The notes below the pieces were generated by a model. That model did no database searches, had not been told where the DNA came from, and was given only the letters and a program-made list of their open reading frames with translations. Shown one piece after another: positions 1 through 9,822 of a DNA stretch of 62,823 bases. Both the position numbers and the translations under genes were made by a program. How positions within the stretch are numbered: the stretch's first letter is position 1; each line of letters begins with the position of its first letter. This stretch comes from Gammaproteobacteria bacterium. Its GTDB lineage: Bacteria > Pseudomonadota > Gammaproteobacteria > Steroidobacterales > Rariloculaceae. The stretch lies in NCBI GenBank assembly GCA_030834065.1, contig JAURFX010000001.1, positions 1 to 62,823 of the forward strand, given 5' to 3'.

Positions 1-813
1 AAACTTATTGGCCCTTGCTTGGTAGTAATGCCAGATTGCTTTACCTCTCTCGGTGGTAATCAATATATTAATTCAACTGCAGTAGGTAATTACGGGGATT
101 TTATCAATAAAGAGCTAATCCCTTTTATAGATAAAAAATTTAATACCTTGCCTCACAAACAACATCGCGGTTGCTTTGGTAAGTCTTCAGGTGGTTATGG
201 TTCTATGATGATGGCAGTGAACTATCCCCAAAATTGGGGTGCGATAGTTTCACATTCAGGTGATGCGTATTTTGACTTCTTATATCGATTAGATTGGCCA
301 AACACTCTAAATGAGCTGTCACGATTTAAAATTAATAATGCCAATCAAGACCAACTCGATGCCATAAGAGATGGGAGAGACGATGGCAGGATTAGTTCTT
401 TTTTAAAAAAAATTAAGAAAAAACATAAACTCTCTCATGGGGAATCACATGCCCTTATGAATATAGCAATGGCCGCATTTTATGACCCAGATCCCGATAC
501 CGAATTAGGCTTTAGAGTCCCATTTAATCTTGACACTGGGGAGCTTATTGAGGGCCGCTGGAAGAATTGGCTTAACTCCGACCCCATTAACCTAGTTGCG
601 AGCCATAAACATAATTTTCATAAGTTAAAACTATTCTTTTTCGATTGTGGAAGCCGAGACCAATATCACATACATTTTGGCGCAAGAAGACTTCATGAGA
701 TATGTAATGAGAATAATATAGTTCATGAGTATCAGGAATTTGATGACACACACTCTGGGATCGATTACAGGTTAGATGTCAGCTTGCCTAAGCTATATGA
801 GGCTATCCGGTAA
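1..813 (+). CDS. Esterase-family serine hydrolase (enterochelin esterase / esterase D-like), 5'-truncated by the window edge
   Basis: The frame is open from nt 1, with no stop before the TTG at 19. It has a nucleophile elbow GKSSGGYG (G-x-S-x-G) and a later HSGD. Length and layout fit the 'putative esterase' family. Confidence 0.6.
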   Translation, partial: KLIGPCLVVMPDCFTSLGGNQYINSTAVGNYGDFINKELIPFIDKKFNTLPHKQHRGCFGKSSGGYGSMMMAVNYPQNWGAIVSHSGDAYFDFLYRLDWPNTLNELSRFKINNANQDQLDAIRDGRDDGRISSFLKKIKKKHKLSHGESHALMNIAMAAFYDPDPDTELGFRVPFNLDTGELIEGRWKNWLNSDPINLVASHKHNFHKLKLFFFDCGSRDQYHIHFGARRLHEICNENNIVHEYQEFDDTHSGIDYRLDVSLPKLYEAIR

Positions 814-815
814 CT

Positions 816-1352
816 TTATTTATCTCGGTATATTATTTTGTCAGGCGTTCCAATATGGATAAATCCAAGGACGATGTCTTCATTTTTCAACTGAAAGAAA
901 TCTAAAAAAGATTTACTTCTTGAGGGCCATCCCGTAACCCATTTGGCGCCATATCCTAGCTGATTAAATGCTAAAAGTATATTTTGACATAATGCTCCGC
1001 CAGACAGGTACTGTTCAATAATCGGAATTTTTGGATTATCAATTATTACTTTTGAAGTTACCACTAATAAGAGCGGCGTCCTTTGAAACTTAAGAAACTC
1101 AGACTCTATCTGACTATCGGTTGATTGCGGATTATTTTCTATAAAAATTGCTCTTCTTAACTCTGAGAGATTAATTTGCTCAGCTTTTTTGTAAACTGCA
1201 ATGTTCCATGGCTTAAGATTCCCATGATCTGGAACGTCTTTACTTATGTTAATAGCATGATCTATTTCTTCATCATTTGGGCCAGGGTCAACCAGGAGGT
1301 TGATTGGCGTTGATAATCTTTTAAAAAAACTTTTTGATAGTTGCTTGCTCAT
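816..1352 (-). CDS. NAD(P)H nitroreductase family protein (YdjA-like)
   Basis: Track ORF 816..1652 trimmed to the ATG at 1352 (MSKQLSKSFFKRLSTP...). It has a nitroreductase-like N-terminus (R-x-S, PDHGNLKPW) and a C-terminal GYGAKWVTG. The 100 upstream codons run antisense into the neighbouring gene. Confidence 0.7.
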   Translation of the reverse strand: MSKQLSKSFFKRLSTPINLLVDPGPNDEEIDHAINISKDVPDHGNLKPWNIAVYKKAEQINLSELRRAIFIENNPQSTDSQIESEFLKFQRTPLLLVVTSKVIIDNPKIPIIEQYLSGGALCQNILLAFNQLGYGAKWVTGWPSRSKSFLDFFQLKNEDIVLGFIHIGTPDKIIYRDK

Positions 1353-1398
1353 CAGAATAATTATAAAGTCAAATGGATAATTTTTTTCAGGGGGATTC

Positions 1399-3801
1399 AT
1401 GGCATTTAATTTGATCGGGAAAAATTTTACGCCGCCAGATATATATGCAAAGGTAACTGGCAAAGCAAAGTATGCTGAAGATTTTAAAGTTGAAGGTATG
1501 GTTTTTTGCAGACTGCTGACAAGCACAATTCCCCATGCCCGAGTCTCAAATATAAATTTAGATGAAGCATTAAGCATGCCAGGTGTGCTAGGGGTGCTAA
1601 CAGCTGACGAGGTTACAGATACCGATATTATGGATAACCCAATCTTGACCAATCATCCAAAATTTATTGGTCAGCCAATTTTAGCGGTAGCTGCAGAGTC
1701 TGAGCAAATTGCCCAAGATGCTATTGAGAAAATATCTTTTGCAATTGAAGCACTTCCTTTCACAGTTGATCCCTTAGAGAGTTTATTTCCTGGTGGGCCA
1801 AATGCCAGAATGGAGGGAAATGTTGCCAATCCAGGCATAGAACCTGAAGAGGTAAAATGGCAAGTGAGCGACTTTGTTGCTGCGGGTGAAAACCATTTAC
1901 CTATGGGCTCTCCATCAAGAGAGTGGAGCTATGGAGATTTAGACAATGCTTTTGCAAGTTCAGTCTATATACTTGAAGAGTCGTTTGTCACACAGGGATT
2001 GTCACACAACTCAATGGAGCCTCGTACAGCACTTGCATACTGGGATGGAGATAAATGCATTCTTCATGCCTCATCACAATCACAGAGCTTTCCTCATCCC
2101 GGAGTCGCATCTTACATAGGTATTGCCCCTGAAAATCTTGTTTTTATTGCAGAATTCTGTGGTGGAGGCTTTGGTTCTAAGGGTGGAGCCTATCCTTATG
2201 TCGCTATACCTGCATTAATGTCAAAAAAAATTAATCGTCCTGTGATGATGCGTATCAGCAGGAATGAGGAAGCTTTAATTGGTTCTGCAAGACCTGGTTT
2301 CCAAGGAAGAGCAAGATTAGGATTTGATCAGAATGGAAAAATGCTTGCTGCAGATCTTTATATTGTTCAAGATAACGGTCCTACAAATGGTTTCAATGAC
2401 TGGCTCTCTGCAGGAGATGCTTTATCACTGGTTTATACTCCTAATGCCATGAGGTTTAGAGGGATTCCAGTATTAACAAATACGCCTCATAGAGGACCGC
2501 AAAGAGGCCCCGGGCAAAACCAAATTGCAAATGCCATTGAGCCCATGATCGATAAAGCCGCAAGAGAGTTAAATATTGATCCGCTCGCAATAAGAAAAAT
2601 CAATGCACCCAATAATTATTCAAAATATGGTGGCGCACAAACAAGCGTTACTAGTGCCTATCTTAGTGAGGCATTAGATCAGGGTGCTGAGATGTTTAAT
2701 TGGAACGAACGCCGACAACGAAGCGGGCAACGAAATGGTTCTAAGGTCACGGGTATTGGTATTGGAACTGCCTATCATTCTGCTGGCTCAAATGGATTTG
2801 ATGGATTATTAAGAATTGATACAGATGGAATTTTGCATATTCATACCGGCGTAGGTAATCTAGGAACTTATTCCCATACTTCAACATCGAGAGTGGCGGC
2901 AGAGGTATTAGGATATTCTTGGGATCGCTGCGTGGTCGAAAGGGGTGATAGCAGTAAAGGGCTCCCATGGAATTTAGGGCAATTTGGAAGCAATACTTCA
3001 TTTACAATGACCCGCACCAACTATGCCGCTGCGCAGGATGCCGTGATTAAAATTAAGCAACTTGCTGCGCTAAGATTAGGCGGGAGCATAGAAGACTATG
3101 AATTACAAAATGAGAGGGTGCAGCATTTTAATGATCTTAATCTCTCATTAAGCTTTGCTGAAGTTGCTCAAATTGCGATAGATGAGGGTGGAAGCTATTC
3201 TGGGTTAACTTATCCAGATGAAATCAATCCCATGACAAAAAGAGCGGTTGGCCATCTGGCTGGTTCCGGGTTAATTGGTGTTGGCAGGGACAATCTTGCA
3301 AGAAGCGGAAGTGTTGCAGCCCTTGCGGCAGGTTTTATTGAAATTGAGCTTGACCTTGAAACAGGGGACTGGGAGATTAAAGATTATGTAGGAATTGCTG
3401 ATTGTGGCACAGTGCTCCATCCACTAGGGCTGAGCCATCAGGTAAAAGGAGGGGCAGTTATGGGGATCGGATTGGCAGGTTATGAGAGACATATCTATGA
3501 TCCTCAAAATGGCTTACCTGCTCACCTTGGGCTTTGCCATTCTAAGCTCCCAACGTATCTTGATGTGCCCTCAGAAATGCGATGGGGGGCTGTAGCACTA
3601 GAAGATCCAGAGAATCCAGTCGGAGCAAAGGGTATTGGTGAGCCTGTCCAAGGGTGCGCATCTGCTGCTTTATTATGTGCAATCTCTGATGCATTAGGAG
3701 GTCATCTCTTTAATCGTACCCCTGTCGTAAAAGACATGATTATTAATTTTACAGCTGGACAAGAGCAGTCTTATGGACCATTGCAAATAAGTAGTGCCTA
3801 G
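1399..3801 (+). CDS. Xanthine dehydrogenase/aldehyde oxidase family molybdopterin-binding large subunit (PaoC-like)
   Basis: 800 aa. It has an a/b-hammerhead N-terminus (VTGKAKYAEDF), the FCGGGFGSKG Moco motif and a C-terminal AKGIGEP catalytic Glu loop. Confidence 0.85.
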   Translation: MAFNLIGKNFTPPDIYAKVTGKAKYAEDFKVEGMVFCRLLTSTIPHARVSNINLDEALSMPGVLGVLTADEVTDTDIMDNPILTNHPKFIGQPILAVAAESEQIAQDAIEKISFAIEALPFTVDPLESLFPGGPNARMEGNVANPGIEPEEVKWQVSDFVAAGENHLPMGSPSREWSYGDLDNAFASSVYILEESFVTQGLSHNSMEPRTALAYWDGDKCILHASSQSQSFPHPGVASYIGIAPENLVFIAEFCGGGFGSKGGAYPYVAIPALMSKKINRPVMMRISRNEEALIGSARPGFQGRARLGFDQNGKMLAADLYIVQDNGPTNGFNDWLSAGDALSLVYTPNAMRFRGIPVLTNTPHRGPQRGPGQNQIANAIEPMIDKAARELNIDPLAIRKINAPNNYSKYGGAQTSVTSAYLSEALDQGAEMFNWNERRQRSGQRNGSKVTGIGIGTAYHSAGSNGFDGLLRIDTDGILHIHTGVGNLGTYSHTSTSRVAAEVLGYSWDRCVVERGDSSKGLPWNLGQFGSNTSFTMTRTNYAAAQDAVIKIKQLAALRLGGSIEDYELQNERVQHFNDLNLSLSFAEVAQIAIDEGGSYSGLTYPDEINPMTKRAVGHLAGSGLIGVGRDNLARSGSVAALAAGFIEIELDLETGDWEIKDYVGIADCGTVLHPLGLSHQVKGGAVMGIGLAGYERHIYDPQNGLPAHLGLCHSKLPTYLDVPSEMRWGAVALEDPENPVGAKGIGEPVQGCASAALLCAISDALGGHLFNRTPVVKDMIINFTAGQEQSYGPLQISSA

Positions 3802-3856
3802 AGATAAAGCAGATTTAAAAATTTCATTACTTATGGTAAAAATAGGGTAGGAAAAT

Positions 3857-4459
3857 ATGATTACACAAGCAAAAACATCGAGAAGAAATTTTATAAAAGG
3901 AGTGATTGCTTCTGGGGCTGCTGCTTCATCATCTGCCTATATGTTTGGCGTGTCTGGCTGTTCCAATCAGCAGGTGTCAACAGGTGGAGTCGAGAGATTA
4001 ATTTCATTAAATGTAAATGGCATGACTCGAAATGTTGACGTCCTTCCAAACGAGACTTTAGCGATGACATTACGATATAAACTTGGACTTACAGGTACCA
4101 AACTGGGCTGTGATCGAGGAGAATGTGGAGCCTGTACTGTTTTAGTAGATGGTGTTAATCTTTATGCCTGCTCATTGCTTACCCATACCGCAAGGAATAA
4201 ACAAATTACTACAATCGAGGGCCTAGAGTCTTCAGATGGAATTTTACATCCTGTTCAGCAGGCAATGATTGATGAGCTTGGACCGCAGTGTGGTTTTTGC
4301 ACGCCTGGTCAAATCATGAGTGCAGTAGCACTGTTATCGAATAATCCAAACCCTACCAGAGATGAGGTCAGAAGGGCACTCTCAGGTAATTTATGCCGTT
4401 GCGGTGCTTATGATCATTATATAAACGCAGTAATGTTAGCTGCCGAGAGGGGGATATAG
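3857..4459 (+). CDS. [2Fe-2S]-binding small subunit of the molybdoenzyme, with twin-arginine signal (PaoA-like)
   Basis: Tat motif SRRNFIKG followed by an A/S-rich h-region. Two 2Fe-2S cysteine sets are present: GCDRGECGACTV...YAC and CGFCTPG...CRCGAY. Confidence 0.85.
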   Translation: MITQAKTSRRNFIKGVIASGAAASSSAYMFGVSGCSNQQVSTGGVERLISLNVNGMTRNVDVLPNETLAMTLRYKLGLTGTKLGCDRGECGACTVLVDGVNLYACSLLTHTARNKQITTIEGLESSDGILHPVQQAMIDELGPQCGFCTPGQIMSAVALLSNNPNPTRDEVRRALSGNLCRCGAYDHYINAVMLAAERGI

Positions 4460-4461
4460 CA

Positions 4462-5448
4462 ATGGCTAAAGATATGATGCCGGCTTTTGAGCTTTATCAA
4501 CCTGATAGTTTAGATAACGCATTAGAGCTATTGAGTCGATTTGGAGATCGGTCATGGATTGTTGCTGGAGGGCATGATTCATTTGATTGGTTCAAAGATA
4601 GGACAAAGTATGCTCAATACGTCATTGATCTTAATAATGTCAATGAGCTCAAAGGTATTAATGAAACGTCAGAAGGAATTGAAATCGGTGCTATGACGTC
4701 TTTAACTGAAATAGAACTCAATGATGTTATAAGACAGCGATATTCTTTACTTTCTGATGCAGTCTCTAGAGTGGCAAGTCCTCAAATTCGACATATTGGC
4801 ACGATTGGCGGAAATCTTAATCAAGATGCGCGATGCTGGTATTACAGATACGGTGTAGATTGCTATAGAGCCGGCGGCAATAGCTGTTATGCTGACACTC
4901 CTGAAGGTCAGAACAGAGAGCATTGCCTCTGGGGTGCCTCGAGATGCGTCGCTGTATCACCATCAGATGTTGCTCCGGCCATGGTAGTTCTTGAAGCTAC
5001 AATGGTTATTGCAAGTGCTAATGGTCTAAGAGAGGTCCCTGCAGAAGACTATTTTATAGGACCTAATATTGATATTGAGAGAATGACGGTGATTGAGCCA
5101 GGTGAAGTGTTAGTCTCAATTAAAATCCCAAATACTTGGGCCAATGCAATGTTTTATTTTGAGAAGGTTGCTGATAGAAATACATGGGATTTCCCATTGG
5201 TAAATATTTCTCGTGCAATGTTCATAGAAAATGGCGTAGTCAGTAGAATTCGAATGGCTGCGGGGGCTGTAGAATGTATTCCAAGACGATTATCAGTTGT
5301 TGAACAAGTTGTTGCTGGCAGCGAACTTAATGAAGAGACTGCAGAGCTTGCATCACAAGCAGCAATCAGAGGCGCAACCCCCCTTAATTTTAACCATTTT
5401 AAAATTCCACTATTGCAAAATTTGGTTAAACGAGCGCTTCGAGCCTAG
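4462..5448 (+). CDS. FAD-binding medium subunit of the molybdoenzyme (PaoB/CoxM-like)
   Basis: PCMH-type FAD-binding motifs (VAGGHDS, TIGGNL). A five-Cys insert is present: CWYYRYGVDCYRAGGNSCYADTPEGQNREHCLWGASRC. The gene starts 3 nt after the Fe-S subunit. Confidence 0.8.
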   Translation: MAKDMMPAFELYQPDSLDNALELLSRFGDRSWIVAGGHDSFDWFKDRTKYAQYVIDLNNVNELKGINETSEGIEIGAMTSLTEIELNDVIRQRYSLLSDAVSRVASPQIRHIGTIGGNLNQDARCWYYRYGVDCYRAGGNSCYADTPEGQNREHCLWGASRCVAVSPSDVAPAMVVLEATMVIASANGLREVPAEDYFIGPNIDIERMTVIEPGEVLVSIKIPNTWANAMFYFEKVADRNTWDFPLVNISRAMFIENGVVSRIRMAAGAVECIPRRLSVVEQVVAGSELNEETAELASQAAIRGATPLNFNHFKIPLLQNLVKRALRA

Positions 5449-6293
5449 TCGGAGGCGCCTAAAATATCCAAAGCCCTTTTGTAGACAGGGATATCAATAA
5501 CTTTATTGTTCATAGATGTTGACCCTCTTCCTTCTTTCGCAGCGCTTTCAAAATGCCTAATTACCTCTTTAGCATTTTCAATTTCCTCAGAAGATGGCCT
5601 GAAGTGGTTATTGATGATGTCAATTTGATTAGGATGAATCGCAAATTTTCCTTTAAAACCAAGCTGCTTCACATATTCAATATTTTTTATTAATCCTTGG
5701 TCGTCTTTAAAATTAAAGTAGGGAGTGTCGAGTGCATAGATGCCATTAGCTCTCGCAGCAATGGCTATAGTTTGTCTTGCATAGCTTAGGTCATTCTCAT
5801 CCTCAGTTCTCTTGATGCCAAGATCCTGTGCAAAATCTTCCCCGCCAAATGCTGCAGCAATGATATTAGGGCTCATATGAAGAATGCTGGTCGCACGAGT
5901 AATTGATTCTGCTGACTCTAGCCATGGAATAATTTTTATTTGATTAGCCTCGTCCTTTTTATATTTTTCTAACAATTTAATTAATTGGGATAAATCCTCA
6001 GGATTGCGAATTTTTCCAATGGAGATTCCATAAATATTAAATTTAGTGAGTTCTTGTATTTCGTATTCTATAAAGGCACTTTGAATATTATTAATCCTAG
6101 GTATAACAGGAATTCCAGAAGATATCAGCCTAGGTAAGTACTTTAGGATGCAATTGAGTGCATTTACCTTTTCTGATTCTGTAACAGAGTCTTCTAAATC
6201 AGGAATATAGGCACTTGGATTTAGGGATAGTGCTTTCTCCATCATACTCTCTTTGTTCCCGGGAATAAAAAGTAGGCTTTTTAAAATTTTCAT
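5445..6293 (-). CDS. HpcH/HpaI aldolase - citrate lyase beta (CitE)-like acyl-CoA lyase
   Basis: Motifs LFIPGN, IPDLEDSV, WLESAES and AAFGGEDFAQDLG are typical of CitE / malyl-CoA / citramalyl-CoA lyases. 282 aa. Confidence 0.75.
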   Translation of the reverse strand: MKILKSLLFIPGNKESMMEKALSLNPSAYIPDLEDSVTESEKVNALNCILKYLPRLISSGIPVIPRINNIQSAFIEYEIQELTKFNIYGISIGKIRNPEDLSQLIKLLEKYKKDEANQIKIIPWLESAESITRATSILHMSPNIIAAAFGGEDFAQDLGIKRTEDENDLSYARQTIAIAARANGIYALDTPYFNFKDDQGLIKNIEYVKQLGFKGKFAIHPNQIDIINNHFRPSSEEIENAKEVIRHFESAAKEGRGSTSMNNKVIDIPVYKRALDILGASD

Positions 6294-6368
6294 TATTTAT
6301 TTATTAAATTAAATTTCATATTAAAGATAAATTACAATATATAACGTCATTTATTAAATTTATTTTCA

Positions 6369-9300
6369 TTGAGCTTAAAAATAAAAAAACTACTTATAGC
6401 AAATCGAAGTGAGATAGCAATTCGAATAATGAGGGCATCGAATGAGCTGGGTATTCAAACGGTTGCTATTTATGCCGCAGAAGATAAATTAGCACTTCAT
6501 AGGTTTAAGGCTGACGAGAGTTACTGCCTAGGGCAAGAAGGAAGACCAGTCGCCTCATATCTAGACATTGAAAAAATTATTGAGATAGCTAAAGAAGCAC
6601 AGGTAGATGCTATTCATCCAGGCTATGGCTTTCTCTCTGAGAATCCAGATTTTGTTAAGGCTTGCAAAAAGCATAATATAAAGTTTATCGGGCCTTCAGA
6701 GAATACGATGAGGTCTTTAGGTAATAAAATTGAGGCTAAGAAAATTGCTAAAAGAGCGGGAGTTCCTTCCATACCGGCCTCTGAAAAACTCCCTTCATCC
6801 ATTAATCTATCTCAAACTATTGCCGATAAATTAGGCTATCCATTAATGCTTAAAGCCAGCTGGGGCGGTGGTGGTAGAGGTATGCGTAAAATTCATGATC
6901 CCGATGAATTGAGAGAGTTTTTACCTATTGCACGCAGAGAGGCATTAAATGCTTTCGGAAATGATGAGGTTTATTTAGAAAAATTAATCACAAGTGCGAG
7001 GCATGTCGAAGTGCAAATTTTAGGAGATTCAAAGGGTAATCTCGTTCATCTCTTTGAGCGTGACTGTACTGTACAAAGAAGAAACCAAAAGATAATTGAA
7101 CGCGCTCCCGCCGCTTTTTTAAGCGATGAAGAAAGAGATAAGATATGTAAATTTGCCATCAAAATTGGTGAAAAGTCTAATTATGAGGGCGCTGGTACAG
7201 TCGAGTTTTTATATGACTGCAACACAAAGGAGATTTATTTTATCGAGGTAAACCCAAGGATACAGGTAGAGCATACCGTTACTGAGGAAATTACCGGTAT
7301 TGATATTGTTAAGGCGCAAATCAAGATAGCAGAGGGTGAAATCATTTCTGAAGGTAATATATACCTTCCATCACAGAACAAAATTAGCTATGGAGGATAT
7401 GCACTCCAATGCAGGATAACGACTGAAAATCCAGAAAATAACTTCATACCAGATTATGGGTCTATAACAAATTATAGGAGTCCCGCAGGCTTTGGGGTCA
7501 GACTTGATGGCGGTACTGCGTACTCGGGAGCTGTAATCAGTCCATTTTATGACTCACTTTTAGCGAAGTTAACTACATGGGCACAAACTGCAGATGAGGC
7601 AATCGCTAGAATGCAAAGGGCTTTAAAAGAGTTTAGAGTCAGAGGTGTGGCGACAAATTTACTTTTTCTTGAACAGTTGATTAATCATAAAGATTTCAAG
7701 GATTCTAATTACACGACTAATTTTATTGATACGAAACCTGAGCTATTTCATTTTCCTCGAAGAAGAGATCGCGCGACAAGACTGCTTACCTATCTCGCAG
7801 ATATATCTGTCAATCAAAAAAATGAGCTTCAAGATAGGGAAAAACCAAATAATTTTTCTGATCCTCAGATTCCAAAGGTTGAGAAACACAAGGACGAGCC
7901 TACTGGAAAAATTCTTGAAAGATTGGGACCGGATCAGTTCTGTCGATGGCTATATAACCAAAAGAAAGTATTAATTACAGACACAACGATGCGGGATGGC
8001 CACCAATCTCTATTGGCTACTCGATTTCGCTCTTATGACTTATATCGTATTGCAGAAACCTACAATACTGGACTATCTAATTTACTGTCCCTCGAGTGCT
8101 GGGGCGGTGCAACTTTTGATGTAGCGATGCGATTTTTAGATGAAGATCCATGGGAGAGACTTGATGCAATTAAGCAAAAAGCCCCAGATATTCCGCTGCA
8201 AATGCTTCTGAGGGCTTCAAACGCTGTCGGCTATACAAGTTATCCAGATAATTTAATTAAAAGCTTTGTAAGTGAGTCGGCTACTGCAGGCATAAATATT
8301 TTTAGGGTTTTTGACTCTCTAAACGGATTAATGAATATGAAAGTCGCAATGAGTGCAGTTCTAGATGCGGGTGGTATCTGCGAGGGCACAATCTGTTATA
8401 CCGGCGATATGACATCTAAAAATGAGTCTAAGTATACTCTCAAATATTACCTTGATATGGCTATCGGATTGAAAAAACTTGGTGCGCAAATAATAGGTAT
8501 AAAAGACATGGCGGGTGTCTGTAAACCTCAAGCTATTTCAATACTGGTAAAGGCTATTAAAAACGAAACCCATTTACCTGTACACTTTCACACTCATGAT
8601 ACCGGCGGTATTAGTGCAACAAGCGTACTCAGTGCTATAACTGCAGGTGTGGATGCTGTTGATTTAGCTATGGACTCAATGAGTGGGATGACCTCCCAGC
8701 CAAGCTTAGGGTCAGTGGTAGAGACGCTTCAAGGCACCAAGCGAGATCCGAGGTTAAATCTTAAAAATATTAGAAAAATATCTCATTACTGGGAGCAAGT
8801 CAGAGAAAATTATAAAGCTTTTGAGAGCGAGGTTAGAGCTTCTACCTCTGATGTATACATGCATGCTATGCCAGGTGGTCAGTACACTAATCTACGTGAG
8901 CAGGCAAGATCAATGGGGCTCGCAAATCGATGGCCAGAGGTGGCAGAAAAATACGCAATCGTTAATGAAATGTTTGGGAATATTGTAAAAGTGACACCCT
9001 CGTCAAAAGTGGTTGGAGATATGGCATTAGCGATGGTTGCAGGTAATCTCAGCCAAGAGGATGTGCTTAATCCAAAAAAAGAAATATCTTTTCCAGAGTC
9101 AGTCATTTCTATGTTTCAAGGGGAGCTGGGTCAGCCAAAAGGTGGATTTCCACGCGCATTATCTAAAAAAATACTCAAAGGAAGAAAAGTGATCCAAGGA
9201 AGAGCCGGTGCAAAAATGAAGCCTGCAAATATTGAGAAATCACTAAAAGAAATTGAAAAAAATTATGGTAGAAAATTTAAAGAGCGAGATGCAATTTCTA

Positions 9301-9815
9301 GCATTCTCTATCCTAAAGTTTTCCATGACTACCAATCCAATAGAAAAAAGTATTCAGATCTAAGCATCTTAACGACTCCAATCTACTTTTATGGTCTTGA
9401 CATTATGCAAGAGGTTTCAATTGAGATTGAAAAGGGGAAAGTTCTGGTTGTGAGAATGTTAGGAATTAATAAGGACTTATCAACCGGCAGCTGTCAGGTT
9501 TTTTTTGAGCTTAATGGGCAACCTCGCACAATTACAACAAAACTAAAGCTAGAGAATCATGTTCAAGTTCAAAGCAATGTACCCAAATTTGATAAAACTA
9601 ATAAAAAACATCTTGCAACGCCCATTCCTGGGAAATTGGTTGAATTGCATGTAGATCAAGGGTCAAAAATTAGTATAGGCGATCCGATTGCTTCCATTGA
9701 GGCGATGAAAATGGAGACAATTATTAGATCTGATCAGGCAGGCACAATTAAAAAGATTTATGCTTCTATTGGTGATACATTAATTCCACAAGAGCTCATG
9801 ATGGAATTGGAGTAG
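6369..9815 (+). CDS. pyc: Pyruvate carboxylase, single-chain
   Basis: 1148 aa. It has a biotin carboxylase N-terminus (KKLLIANRSEIAIRI; ATP-grasp GGGGRGMR). The carboxyltransferase metal site is VHFHTHDTGG, and the C-terminal biotinyl motif is EAMKME. The start is TTG. Confidence 0.9.
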   Translation: MSLKIKKLLIANRSEIAIRIMRASNELGIQTVAIYAAEDKLALHRFKADESYCLGQEGRPVASYLDIEKIIEIAKEAQVDAIHPGYGFLSENPDFVKACKKHNIKFIGPSENTMRSLGNKIEAKKIAKRAGVPSIPASEKLPSSINLSQTIADKLGYPLMLKASWGGGGRGMRKIHDPDELREFLPIARREALNAFGNDEVYLEKLITSARHVEVQILGDSKGNLVHLFERDCTVQRRNQKIIERAPAAFLSDEERDKICKFAIKIGEKSNYEGAGTVEFLYDCNTKEIYFIEVNPRIQVEHTVTEEITGIDIVKAQIKIAEGEIISEGNIYLPSQNKISYGGYALQCRITTENPENNFIPDYGSITNYRSPAGFGVRLDGGTAYSGAVISPFYDSLLAKLTTWAQTADEAIARMQRALKEFRVRGVATNLLFLEQLINHKDFKDSNYTTNFIDTKPELFHFPRRRDRATRLLTYLADISVNQKNELQDREKPNNFSDPQIPKVEKHKDEPTGKILERLGPDQFCRWLYNQKKVLITDTTMRDGHQSLLATRFRSYDLYRIAETYNTGLSNLLSLECWGGATFDVAMRFLDEDPWERLDAIKQKAPDIPLQMLLRASNAVGYTSYPDNLIKSFVSESATAGINIFRVFDSLNGLMNMKVAMSAVLDAGGICEGTICYTGDMTSKNESKYTLKYYLDMAIGLKKLGAQIIGIKDMAGVCKPQAISILVKAIKNETHLPVHFHTHDTGGISATSVLSAITAGVDAVDLAMDSMSGMTSQPSLGSVVETLQGTKRDPRLNLKNIRKISHYWEQVRENYKAFESEVRASTSDVYMHAMPGGQYTNLREQARSMGLANRWPEVAEKYAIVNEMFGNIVKVTPSSKVVGDMALAMVAGNLSQEDVLNPKKEISFPESVISMFQGELGQPKGGFPRALSKKILKGRKVIQGRAGAKMKPANIEKSLKEIEKNYGRKFKERDAISSILYPKVFHDYQSNRKKYSDLSILTTPIYFYGLDIMQEVSIEIEKGKVLVVRMLGINKDLSTGSCQVFFELNGQPRTITTKLKLENHVQVQSNVPKFDKTNKKHLATPIPGKLVELHVDQGSKISIGDPIASIEAMKMETIIRSDQAGTIKKIYASIGDTLIPQELMMELE

Positions 9816-9822
9816 GTATATT

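Noticed and set aside
1353-1652. N-terminal 100-codon extension of the nitroreductase ORF (track 816..1652).
   Set aside because: The extension runs antisense across the start of the molybdoenzyme large-subunit gene and has no nitroreductase similarity. The family N-terminus aligns with the ATG at 1352.
5297-5500. A 67-aa ORF spanning the junction of the FAD subunit and the CitE-like gene. Other short track ORFs are 7726..7974, 8879..9106, 22506..22736, 25172..25425 and 56068..56307.
   Set aside because: All are alternative-frame reads within, or bridging, well-supported genes, and none has independent support.
6294-6368. The 11-mer TTTATTAAATT, repeated about 50 nt apart in the citE-like/pyc divergent promoter region.
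   Set aside because: The intergenic DNA is low-complexity and nearly pure A/T. Such repeats are expected by composition, so there is no basis for calling an operator.
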